Assembly: GCA_028287765.1 (NCBI GenBank) | Contig: JAQBPA010000229.1 | Coordinates: 1-43,573 of the forward strand | Length of the DNA stretch: 43,573 bases | Source: Bacteriovoracaceae bacterium | Lineage (GTDB): Bacteria; Bdellovibrionota; UBA2394 | Reading direction: 5' to 3' | Part shown: piece by piece, positions 19,892 to 27,739 of the stretch | Numbering within the stretch: position 1 is the stretch's first letter | How the letters are laid out: every line of letters starts with the position of its first letter | The notes under the pieces: model-generated | Database searches by the model: none | Told to the model about the DNA's origin: nothing | Seen by the model: the letters and a program-made list of their open reading frames with translations, nothing else | Translations under genes and position numbers: made by a program

Positions 19892-21270
19892 AAAAACCAG
19901 ATTTTCATTTCTGGAAGCTCGCCTGGCGAAATCTGTGTCGACATTGGAAGAGAAATCTCTCCACCGGCCTAGCCATTGGCGCTGGATTTGCTGGGATTGT
20001 GCTCCTTGGCGGCTACCTTCTTCGAATGGAATTTTATTTAATCACTCAAAGTGTTTATTTAAATCATGTCGGGCATGTGGCGATTTATAAACCGAATGGC
20101 CTCGATCGGCATTTATCGGATCCTGCTAAATTTAATCTCACGCTCGAAGATCAGTCGAAAATTATGACGGGCATTTCAGAGCTTCGAGAAAAACCGGAAT
20201 TCATCAGTAAATCTCTTGAAGGGCAGGGACTCGTCTCGAATGGCTGTCAGGTTTTTCCTTTTTTAGCTCTGGCTGTGGATTCGAAAATGGAAAGCCAAAT
20301 TCGCAATCATCCAGAAGTTCTCGCCAGAGTTCCAGAGCTTGCTCAGCTCAAAATGGGGCGCGGCTTTTGGGAGACGCCGGAGCTGCCAGATGGAATTTTA
20401 ATTTCAAAAAGACTCGCCGCTCGTTTAAAAAAGCCACTCGTCTCAGGAGGTGCAGGAGAAGTGCCGTCAGCAATGGACGCTCTCATCACCGATTGCGAAA
20501 ATCCTGAATCCGAAAAAATAATTTCCAGTCACTCGGGGCTTCAGCTGATCGGCAGCACTTTCGAGAAAGGCATAGCGGCTACAGATGCGAGAGTGTCGGG
20601 CCATTTCACTACGGGTCTCACACTCTCCGAAGATACCGCCATGCTTATGCCGCTCGCTCTCGCTCAAAAATTTTTTGATACCGATTCGGTGACATTCATT
20701 TCGATTTACCTCCAAAAAGGGTCAAGAAGCTTAGCTACAGACGTCTCGGGCGAACTTCAAAATATTTTTTTGAAGCACGGCTGGGATTTTGACGTCTATC
20801 CTTTTTACGATGAGCGGGTGAGTCCGTATTACGTGGGTGCCATGACGTTTGTTTATGTGATGGCTCTCTTTTTTCTTATTCTCGTCTGTGGTGTGGCCGC
20901 TTTATCGATTTTAAATTCACTACAAATCTCATTTATGGAACGCCGGACAGAAGTGGGAACGCTTCGAGCGATTGGCTACCGACCCGCACAAATTGTCGGC
21001 CTGTTCGCGAGAGAGATCGCTCTTCTTACAGGCATCTCGCTCATCGGCGGGGGAATTGCCGCCGCCTTGATAGCCTTCGCCATTAATGCGGCTGAACTGC
21101 GCTTTTACGTTCCTGGCCTTGCGGGAAGTTTGCATTTTTTACTCAAACCCGGATTTGTTTTTAGTTTGATCGTGGGTGCCATCTTTTTTTCGGTTTGTAT
21201 GGGCGCCGTTTTTGTCACGGGAAGACGTTGGTCTAAAATTAAGGTTGTGGATCTGCTGGAGAATAAATGA
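19888..21270 (+). CDS. ABC permease, LolC/E-FtsX-MacB family
   Basis: KLAWRNL, large periplasmic loop, ERRTEVGTLRAIG; GTGA overlap with the ATPase stop. Confidence 0.92.
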   Translation: MKKPDFHFWKLAWRNLCRHWKRNLSTGLAIGAGFAGIVLLGGYLLRMEFYLITQSVYLNHVGHVAIYKPNGLDRHLSDPAKFNLTLEDQSKIMTGISELREKPEFISKSLEGQGLVSNGCQVFPFLALAVDSKMESQIRNHPEVLARVPELAQLKMGRGFWETPELPDGILISKRLAARLKKPLVSGGAGEVPSAMDALITDCENPESEKIISSHSGLQLIGSTFEKGIAATDARVSGHFTTGLTLSEDTAMLMPLALAQKFFDTDSVTFISIYLQKGSRSLATDVSGELQNIFLKHGWDFDVYPFYDERVSPYYVGAMTFVYVMALFFLILVCGVAALSILNSLQISFMERRTEVGTLRAIGYRPAQIVGLFAREIALLTGISLIGGGIAAALIAFAINAAELRFYVPGLAGSLHFLLKPGFVFSLIVGAIFFSVCMGAVFVTGRRWSKIKVVDLLENK

Positions 21271-22592
21271 AAGCCGATCTCCAAATGTTTTCACGAGTGG
21301 CTCTTCGAAATATTTCTCGTCATTGGAAGAGAAGCCTCGCGGCCATTTTATCTCTCGCTTCTGGGTTCGCTGCCATCAATCTTTTTGAAGGCTATATCGC
21401 GGACGTCGAACATGTTTTTTCTGAGACTTATTCCAAGAGATTAATGTACGGAGATATTTTGATTCAGCGAAAGGAGACACTCACCGATGGTCTTGAAGAG
21501 GGCGAGCGACTCATCCGTCAAGAAGATCAACACCAGCTCGAAGAAATTCTTGAGAAATCTAAAATGGTCAATAATTCTGTTCGATTTTTAAATATTACTG
21601 GCCTGGTGTCGAATGGATCCGCGACGAGTGTGTTTCGGGGTCTCGGATATGATGTCGACGCCGGTCTTAAAATGCGAGAGCCAAATTGGAGTTGGAATGC
21701 ACTAGCGGGAATTCCACTCGATCAAGGCGTACGAAATCCGCAAAATATTTTGATTGGTCAGGGCCTGGGAAGAATTCTTGATTGTAGTCCGACATCGCGA
21801 CCTAAAGAGATGACTTTTTTAAACGGCTATTCGAGGGAATCTCGTCCCATCGTTTGTAAAACTTCCGAACTTGAACTCAATGTGACGAGTGGCACGGGCC
21901 AGATGAATGCGACCAATGTGCATGTACACGGAATGATCGACGCCGTTTATCGAGAGTTTGATGCGCGCTATATTGCCATGTCGCTTGAAAAAGCGCAGGC
22001 ACTTCTCAATACGTCGGGCGTATCGCTTTATAGTGTTCGGCTGAAAGATTCTTCCGATGCAAAAAAATTCATTTCTTATTTGAGCGAAGAGTTCACTCGA
22101 AAAAATTTATCGCTTAAGGCCTTTAAGTGGCAGAACCATTCGTTCGGGGGGCTCTATGTTCAGAGTATTGATTTCTTAAACGTCTTTCGGGATTTTACGC
22201 TGATTGTCGTTTTAATTATTATTTCACTTTCTGTTCTGAGTCAGTTGATGCGCCTCGTTCAGGAGAGAACACGTGAAATCGGGACTCTTCGTTGTCTCGG
22301 ATATATGCCACATCAAATCCGTTCACTTTTTCTAATCGAAGCATTCTTTCTTTCTATTTTTGGAAGTGCTCTCGGTGCTCTGCTTACGGTAGTTCTCGCT
22401 CCCGCTATGAACTCGCTAGGGATTCTTTATAAGGTAGGGATTCTTTCCGAAAAAATCCCTTTTCGAATTAGTATCGTGGGAGTGAACTTCGGCATGAGCG
22501 CTTTCGTTCTTACGGCAATTGCCATGGGTGCCGCCACGATTGCCATTTTAAGAGCACTGCGAAAGAGTATTCCCGACGCTTTAATGCATTAA
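21267..22592 (+). CDS. Second ABC permease, LolC/E-FtsX-MacB family
   Basis: VALRNISR, ERTREIGTLRCLG; ATGA overlap. Confidence 0.92.
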   Translation: MKADLQMFSRVALRNISRHWKRSLAAILSLASGFAAINLFEGYIADVEHVFSETYSKRLMYGDILIQRKETLTDGLEEGERLIRQEDQHQLEEILEKSKMVNNSVRFLNITGLVSNGSATSVFRGLGYDVDAGLKMREPNWSWNALAGIPLDQGVRNPQNILIGQGLGRILDCSPTSRPKEMTFLNGYSRESRPIVCKTSELELNVTSGTGQMNATNVHVHGMIDAVYREFDARYIAMSLEKAQALLNTSGVSLYSVRLKDSSDAKKFISYLSEEFTRKNLSLKAFKWQNHSFGGLYVQSIDFLNVFRDFTLIVVLIIISLSVLSQLMRLVQERTREIGTLRCLGYMPHQIRSLFLIEAFFLSIFGSALGALLTVVLAPAMNSLGILYKVGILSEKIPFRISIVGVNFGMSAFVLTAIAMGAATIAILRALRKSIPDALMH

Positions 22593-22635
22593 GGAAGCTG
22601 GAAAAAAGACTCGAAATAGTGGCAGATTCAAAGAA

Positions 22636-24171
22636 ATGGGCGATCAAAAAATTTCAAAGGAATTACTTGCTGCCGCGGACCTACTTGAACGGGTAGCGCT
22701 TAATCGCGATTTGCTTTCTGAACTTCCGCTCGAGGATCGCACGCGGCTTTTGAAGGCAGCGGGCGATATTTATTCGCCCGATTTAACGGATCGTCGTCGG
22801 ATGTCTCGCCTTAAAAAAAAGAATCGAAAGCACGAAAAAATAAATCGCGATCAGAATGTTCTTTCAAAAACCGGTATTCGCGTTCTTCGCAGGAAACCCG
22901 TTTTTACGACGCCCAATTTGCCACCTCCTCCAAGCTTTGAAATTCGGGAGGTGAATGACGACGCAGAAAGTTTAAAAGTGGGTGAAGCACAAAATTGTTA
23001 TATTTGTAAAAAAGATTTCTCAAACATCCATCACTTCTACGATCAACTGTGTTCAACTTGTGCAGAATTTAATTTTAAAAAACGGACAGAGCTTGCCGAT
23101 CTGCACGGACGCGTCGCTCTTTTAACTGGCGGGCGAGTGAAGATCGGCTATCAAGCGGGCATCAAACTTCTTCGAGCTGGCGCAGAGCTGATCGTGACGA
23201 CCAGATTTCCGCGAGACTCGGCTGCGCGATATGCAGAAGAGCCGGACTTCGAAGAGTGGGGACATCGCTTAGAAATCTTTGGTCTTGATCTTCGTCACAC
23301 GCCGAGTGTCGAAGCCTTTTGTTGTCATCTCATGAAAACGCGCACACGTTTAGATTTCATCATTAATAATGCGTGCCAAACTGTTCGGCGTCCGCCGGAT
23401 TTTTATCAACATATGATGGCGAATGAAAATGGTGCGCTAAACGACCGGCCGGAGAAAATTAGAAATCTGCTTGGCGCATACGAAGGCCTTCGTGGATACA
23501 ATCTCCTTCCAGAAGGCGAAGCGAAACCAAAAGTATTGGAGCATAAAATTTCAGAAATTGCAGGGCTCACGCACGCCGCTGCACTCTCGCAAATTCCTCT
23601 ACTTCCGGAAGAACTCGCTGCTCAAAAAGATTTATTTCCTGAAGGCCGCCTCGATCAGGATTTGCAGCAAATTGATTTGCGAGAAAGTAATTCATGGCGC
23701 CTTCGAATGTCAGAAGTTCCAGCGGTCGAGCTTCTCGAAGTTCATCTTGTAAATGCGGTGGCACCCTTTATTTTGAACGCACGGCTCAAATCGCTGATGC
23801 TCAGATCGCCAGAGCGCGACAAACATATTGTAAATGTGTCTGCGGTCGAGGGGCAATTCTATAGAAGATTTAAAACTACACGTCATCCCCATACGAATAT
23901 GGCAAAAGCTTCACTCAATATGATGACCAGAACTTCTGCTGCCGATTATCATGCCGACGGAATTCATATGAACGCGGTCGATACGGGCTGGGTGACAGAC
24001 GAAGATCCGGTGCAGCTCGCAGAAAAAAAGATTCTCGAACATCGTTTTCATCCGCCGCTCGACATTGTCGACGGCGCAGCTCGAATCGTTAATCCGATCA
24101 TCGCAGGCTTTAATAGCGGCGAACATATCTGGGGAAAATTTTTAAAGGACTATGTCCCGACGCATTGGTAA
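22636..24171 (+). CDS. Atypical SDR-family oxidoreductase with N-terminal Cys4 zinc-finger-like motif
   Basis: LTGGRVKIG Rossmann motif, INNA, NVSAVEG, HPHTNMAK at the YxxxK position; CYIC…CSTC. Confidence 0.85.
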   Translation: MGDQKISKELLAAADLLERVALNRDLLSELPLEDRTRLLKAAGDIYSPDLTDRRRMSRLKKKNRKHEKINRDQNVLSKTGIRVLRRKPVFTTPNLPPPPSFEIREVNDDAESLKVGEAQNCYICKKDFSNIHHFYDQLCSTCAEFNFKKRTELADLHGRVALLTGGRVKIGYQAGIKLLRAGAELIVTTRFPRDSAARYAEEPDFEEWGHRLEIFGLDLRHTPSVEAFCCHLMKTRTRLDFIINNACQTVRRPPDFYQHMMANENGALNDRPEKIRNLLGAYEGLRGYNLLPEGEAKPKVLEHKISEIAGLTHAAALSQIPLLPEELAAQKDLFPEGRLDQDLQQIDLRESNSWRLRMSEVPAVELLEVHLVNAVAPFILNARLKSLMLRSPERDKHIVNVSAVEGQFYRRFKTTRHPHTNMAKASLNMMTRTSAADYHADGIHMNAVDTGWVTDEDPVQLAEKKILEHRFHPPLDIVDGAARIVNPIIAGFNSGEHIWGKFLKDYVPTHW

Positions 24172-24195
24172 GCGTTCGAGTTAAATGCCTTCGTT

Positions 24196-24624
24196 TTAGA
24201 AATAGCCGCCAAAAAATTCATTAATCGTAATAGTTGCGCCCTCGGGGACTTCGCAGATTAGCGCGAATTCGCCATAGCACTGAAGAGCAGAAGTATGTCC
24301 ACCCGGTCTTTTTGCTGATTGTCCGGGCTCGCAGTGAGCAGCATTGTGGCGTGGCTTGAGTGTTCCCCGTGCTTTTGAAGGTTTAATAATTTTTCCTACA
24401 GCCTTACAAGCAGCCTCTGCGCTCTCTTTGGCGGTTTTCTCAAGAAGCGGCATCGCACGACTAATGGCCTCACTCTCTCCGAGCCTGAGAACAGTTCCAT
24501 TTTCGATAGCAATTCTGCCCTGTCCCACGATGATAATTTTATTCGTCGAAGATTCGACAGACACTGCCGCATGGACGCTGGCAGAAAGGAATAACCCGCA
24601 AATCAAAGCTAATAATTTTTTCAT
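24196..24624 (-). CDS. Hypothetical secreted protein
   Basis: MKKLLALICGLFLSASVHA signal peptide with GGAG RBS (start 24624); four Cys in the mature part. Confidence 0.7.
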   Translation of the reverse strand: MKKLLALICGLFLSASVHAAVSVESSTNKIIIVGQGRIAIENGTVLRLGESEAISRAMPLLEKTAKESAEAACKAVGKIIKPSKARGTLKPRHNAAHCEPGQSAKRPGGHTSALQCYGEFALICEVPEGATITINEFFGGYF

Positions 24625-24774
24625 TCGTTGAGCTCCGTAATGTAAAATGTAGTTAATATAAAATGCCGGCTTCGAATACCGTAGTCTGTCCATGCTGTCA
24701 AACTTTACGGCAAAGCAGGGTTTCTCTTGGCTTTGGTCTTATTCATGTAATAAAAATCCAAGGAAAGGGGTTTA

Positions 24775-24924
24775 ATGAGCACAAAACAATCGATTCGATT
24801 TCTTATAAATGTTTTTTCACTTCTGATTTTGGCGGGTAATGCATTTGATTTCAAATCGAGAAAGGGACAGGTTCCAAAAAGGGTCACACGTAACTTGGTA
24901 AATAGCCTTTCCAGTGTACTTTAA
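24775..24924 (+). CDS. Small 49-aa ORF or truncated signal-peptide gene (not in the ORF track)
   Basis: AAGGAAAGGGG RBS; MSTKQSIRFLINVFSLLILAGNAF… then stop at 24922-24924. Confidence 0.3.
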   Translation: MSTKQSIRFLINVFSLLILAGNAFDFKSRKGQVPKRVTRNLVNSLSSVL

Positions 24925-24970
24925 AGCGTACATAGGCCCTATTGACACTGTGTACTCTTTAAAGTACATT
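24915..24970 (+). promoter_or_regulatory. Sigma70 promoter of the TA operon with two TGTAC-N8-GTACA operators
   Basis: TTGACA (24942-24947), 17 bp, TACATT (24965-24970); palindromic sites at 24915-24932 and 24951-24968. Confidence 0.75.
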
Positions 24971-24974
24971 AATT

Positions 24975-25379
24975 ATGGATATAGAAAATAAAACCGAGAA
25001 ACGTATCAAAGCTGAATTCTTTCGATCCGCTGCTGGAAACGAATCTGTTCGAGAAGAGCTTCTAAATCTTGGCCGGCCTATAAAGACCGTTGTTGGCGAA
25101 GATATTCTGTTCATCGAACAGAACTGGCCATTGGATCGCCCGTATGCAGATCTACTTAAACGGGGGCGCGGTCAAATGGAGCAATCCATTTATGAAGCCC
25201 GACATACGGTAGAGAAGTCGGAGTTTAGAACCTTATTTTTTGTATATGAAGATCGGATGGTGCTGACCCACTTCATAAAAAAGAAAAGCAACAAGACTCC
25301 AAAGGATGCGATTGAACTGGCCTGGAAACGAATGAAATTGTGGATGCAAGCACAAAGAGAATTGGAGAAAGAAAAATGA
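24975..25379 (+). CDS. RelE/ParE-superfamily (HigB/Gp49-like) toxin
   Basis: FFRSAAGNESVRE, IYEAR, FRTLF, VLTHFIKKKSNKTPKDAIELAWKR; toxin-first gene order. Confidence 0.85.
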   Translation: MDIENKTEKRIKAEFFRSAAGNESVREELLNLGRPIKTVVGEDILFIEQNWPLDRPYADLLKRGRGQMEQSIYEARHTVEKSEFRTLFFVYEDRMVLTHFIKKKSNKTPKDAIELAWKRMKLWMQAQRELEKEK

Positions 25380-25675
25380 AAAAAAATAAATACTCTGGAT
25401 CTTCTTTTGATTCTTTCCTTAAAGAGGAGGGCTTAGACGCTGAGGTCGCCGCTCGCGCTGCAAAGCGAACTTTCGTTCATCAACTCGAGATGAAAATGGA
25501 AAAGCAAAAGAAGAATAAAAACGTTTTTAGAAAAGCTTTAAAAAGCCCGTCAACGACTGAACGAGTTTTCAACGAACATACGGGGATTTCCCTAGACACG
25601 ATGGCCAAGGCGGCGTCGCTTGTGAATTGTGTTCTCAATATTCGGCTGGTGCCTCAGGGACATTCGAAGGCATAA
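25376..25675 (+). CDS. XRE/HigA-like antitoxin
   Basis: MKKNKYSGSSFDSFLKEEG N-terminus and C-terminal HTH (ISLDTMAKAA); ATGA overlap with the toxin. Confidence 0.85.
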   Translation: MKKNKYSGSSFDSFLKEEGLDAEVAARAAKRTFVHQLEMKMEKQKKNKNVFRKALKSPSTTERVFNEHTGISLDTMAKAASLVNCVLNIRLVPQGHSKA

Positions 25676-25700
25676 CAATAAAATAAAAACTGTGGCGTCT

Positions 25701-26513
25701 ATGGATAAAAAGGATTCGGTATTAAATTTTCCGCTTGGGCCATTAGGTGGATATGATCCAAAGAAACTTTTCGATAAGACGGAGTTTTCTAAGCTTGATG
25801 GTTTTGTCGTATCCCTTGCACTTATCTTCAATGATATGAAGACATTCATTTTGTTGTGGGAGGTCCTCCGAGAAAACTCTCCTGCGCCAGCTAAAGACAA
25901 AAAAGGCAGCAAACATCACGGACAATTTTTTGGTTTCAACCAACATCTTTTTAGACTTCAAGCAAGTGCCTTTAAAGAGCTAACGGAACTAATTGCAAAA
26001 CATCGAGATCTTTTTAAATCTTCTATATGGGAGCGAACTTTAAAAAAATTGAATGCTAAAGATTTGGCACGTTGGGAAAACCTTGTATCTTTAAGTATTG
26101 GAAAAGAAGGCTCAGATAAATGGGCAAAGGAGCTTGGAATTTTTTTGACAAAAATTCGAACCCACGGTGGATTTCACTATCATTATATAAAACCTATCAA
26201 ATCAGCATGGCAGCGTTTTTTTAAGGATTCGGCTCCGCACTCCGAATACGCCTATGTTTGCTATGGAAAGAATTACGAAGAAAGTAGATTCTTCTTCGCG
26301 GATGCAGTTTTTCAAGAGATAGCTGTCGAGCTAAAAAAGGACTTATCAAAGAATTTTGATTTGGAATTTGGCCAATACCTAAGAGATCTACATTTTTCTA
26401 TTAGAGCAGTTGTGGCAAAATATATGAATCGGCGACAAGTTCCGCTAAAGTTTTTCATAACGACTTTTAAGACTTTAAAGCATTCATTTGTGCCAAATTG
26501 TGCCATTTTTTGA
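25701..26513 (+). CDS. Hypothetical helical protein, candidate HEPN-domain ribonuclease
   Basis: AT-rich, all-helical pattern, KIRTHGGFH (R-x5-H); start probably ATG 25701. Confidence 0.5.
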   Translation: MDKKDSVLNFPLGPLGGYDPKKLFDKTEFSKLDGFVVSLALIFNDMKTFILLWEVLRENSPAPAKDKKGSKHHGQFFGFNQHLFRLQASAFKELTELIAKHRDLFKSSIWERTLKKLNAKDLARWENLVSLSIGKEGSDKWAKELGIFLTKIRTHGGFHYHYIKPIKSAWQRFFKDSAPHSEYAYVCYGKNYEESRFFFADAVFQEIAVELKKDLSKNFDLEFGQYLRDLHFSIRAVVAKYMNRRQVPLKFFITTFKTLKHSFVPNCAIF

Positions 26514-26594
26514 TGCATTTTATGGCACAATGTAGCGCAATTACTCGGACGCGCTTTGAAATTATATGGGTATTTATGGGTAAAAATATGGGTA
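26488..26594. repeat. Cluster of short repeats resembling tyrosine-integrase arm-type sites
   Basis: TTGTGCCA x2 (26488, 26498); 10-bp inverted repeat ATTGTGCCAT/ATGGCACAAT (26497-26506 / 26522-26531); TATGGGTA x3 (26565, 26575, 26587). Confidence 0.6.
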
Positions 26595-26683
26595 GACACC
26601 GAACTTTTTAAGATCGACCTCCACTCCCCCAGCACCATAAATGTCTCAGTAATCTTTTTGTCTATGGGAACGATTTTAAACAA

Positions 26684-26756
26684 AGCGGGAGACGAGGCTC
26701 GAACTCGCGACCCTCAGCTTGGGAAGCTGATGCTCTACCAACTGAGCTACTCCCGC
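26684..26756 (-). tRNA. tRNA-Gly (anticodon CCC), CCA not encoded
   Basis: GCGGGAGTAGCTCAGTTGGTAGAGCATCAGCTTCCCAAGCTGAGGGTCGCGAGTTCGAGCCTCGTCTCCCGCT folds into a full cloverleaf. Confidence 0.97.
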
Positions 26757-26793
26757 GTTTATGGAAGCACGATACATGAAATGAAGTTTGGCA

Positions 26794-26808
26794 CCAAGCT
26801 GAGGGTCG
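26794..26808 (+). repeat. Inverted 15-bp copy of the tRNA-Gly anticodon-to-T-stem segment
   Basis: CCAAGCTGAGGGTCG is the exact reverse complement of 26708-26722. Confidence 0.7.
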
Positions 26809-26877
26809 TCGACCCGCCAGTTTATCTGCGCACTTTGTGCGCTATATTTATCGATAGCTGAAATGCTCCGTCGCGTT

Positions 26878-26896
26878 CGGCTGAAAGCCGTCCTAC
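26878..26896 (-). repeat. GTAG-family REP-like palindrome
   Basis: Minus strand GTAGGA-CGGCT-TTC-AGCCG: GTAG tetranucleotide followed by a short hairpin. Confidence 0.45.
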
Positions 26897-26905
26897 AGTC
26901 GGACG

Positions 26906-26930
26906 AGCTTGGGAAGCTGATGCTCTACCA
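26906..26930 (-). repeat. Direct 25-bp copy of the tRNA-Gly D-arm/anticodon segment (att-like remnant)
   Basis: AGCTTGGGAAGCTGATGCTCTACCA is identical to 26716-26740. Confidence 0.85.
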
Positions 26931-27113
26931 TGAAGTGGCCGAAGAGGCGAGTTTGGCCTCAGAAATTTTTTCTTTTGACGTTGTCGGAACTGTATATTTC
27001 TGCGGCGCGACCTCCAACTTTAGCATTGCTTCCTGCTTCAGCAGCTTCTTCATGGTATTTCTGGAGGTCTTCGTTAATTTTGCAGCTCTTGAGATATCAA
27101 GGGGTTGGAACAT
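26925..27113 (-). pseudogene. Small HTH-like ORF or fragment ending inside the tRNA fragment
   Basis: ISRAAKLTKTSRNTMKKLL resembles an HTH; the final TGG TAG codons come from the tRNA copy. Confidence 0.35.
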
Positions 27114-27180
27114 TGGTGAGCGAGAATTATTCTGACCTTCTGCTCTTCACACGTCGGAATGAATGCAGTATTGGACTCCA

Positions 27181-27696
27181 ATGAATACGAAAACCTTTAT
27201 TTGCGCTGTTACCACCCTTTTCTCGATAGTCTGCATTGATTCCGTCAGGGCCGAAGAGCTTCATAGAATGGAACGAAAATATGGTTTATACACAGGAATT
27301 CTAAGCGATCCAGTTGGCGCCGTTCCCATTTCTTTAGCCGCAAATCTCACCAGCTTTCTAAGAGCAAACATTGGCTTTGCCTACACCCCTGATGTTTGGG
27401 GGAGTAAAGGCGATTTCTTCTCTACTGGTGGGGGAATTAAATTTTTACCAATGAATTCAAATCTCACGCCTGTACTTGGCGGAAACTTCTTCTGGATGCA
27501 TCAAAAAAGCGATAAAGCATCGAATCCTTGGAAAACCGATTGGTTTGATCGGCCGGAACAAAATCAATATATTTTTTACATAAACGCTGGCGGCGAATAT
27601 CAATTTGAAAATGGCTTCAATGTCGGCGTCGGTCTAAATTCTTTTTTGATGAAATGGATGCCATTTCCATATCTAAACCTGGGTTGGTTTTTTTAG
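27181..27696 (+). CDS. Small outer-membrane beta-barrel-like protein
   Basis: Signal peptide (…SVRA|EE), GGEYQFENGF, C-terminal NLGWFF. Confidence 0.65.
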   Translation: MNTKTFICAVTTLFSIVCIDSVRAEELHRMERKYGLYTGILSDPVGAVPISLAANLTSFLRANIGFAYTPDVWGSKGDFFSTGGGIKFLPMNSNLTPVLGGNFFWMHQKSDKASNPWKTDWFDRPEQNQYIFYINAGGEYQFENGFNVGVGLNSFLMKWMPFPYLNLGWFF

Positions 27697-27739
27697 CAAA
27701 CTTGCGATCCTAGAATAAAAATTTGCCTGTTGGGGAAAT

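Larger units (their letters stand above)
5608..22592. other. Biosynthetic gene cluster (hybrid PKS-aminotransferase-C) with dedicated Lol-like export
   Basis: Twelve tightly packed genes in four operons from two divergent promoter regions; PPTase, ligase, PKS, TE, HDO, hydrolase and exporter all present. Confidence 0.85.

Noticed and set aside
26523-26540. TGGCAC as a sigma54 -24/-12 promoter
   Set aside because: GG-N10-GC spacing is not met; the motif is better explained as part of the inverted repeat
26565-26594. TATGGGTA x3 or the tRNA fragments as a CRISPR array
   Set aside because: Repeats are too short, spacing is not 30-40-nt unique spacers, and there are no cas genes
26906-26930. 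A second tRNA gene
   Set aside because: Only 25 bp match; no acceptor stem or T-arm
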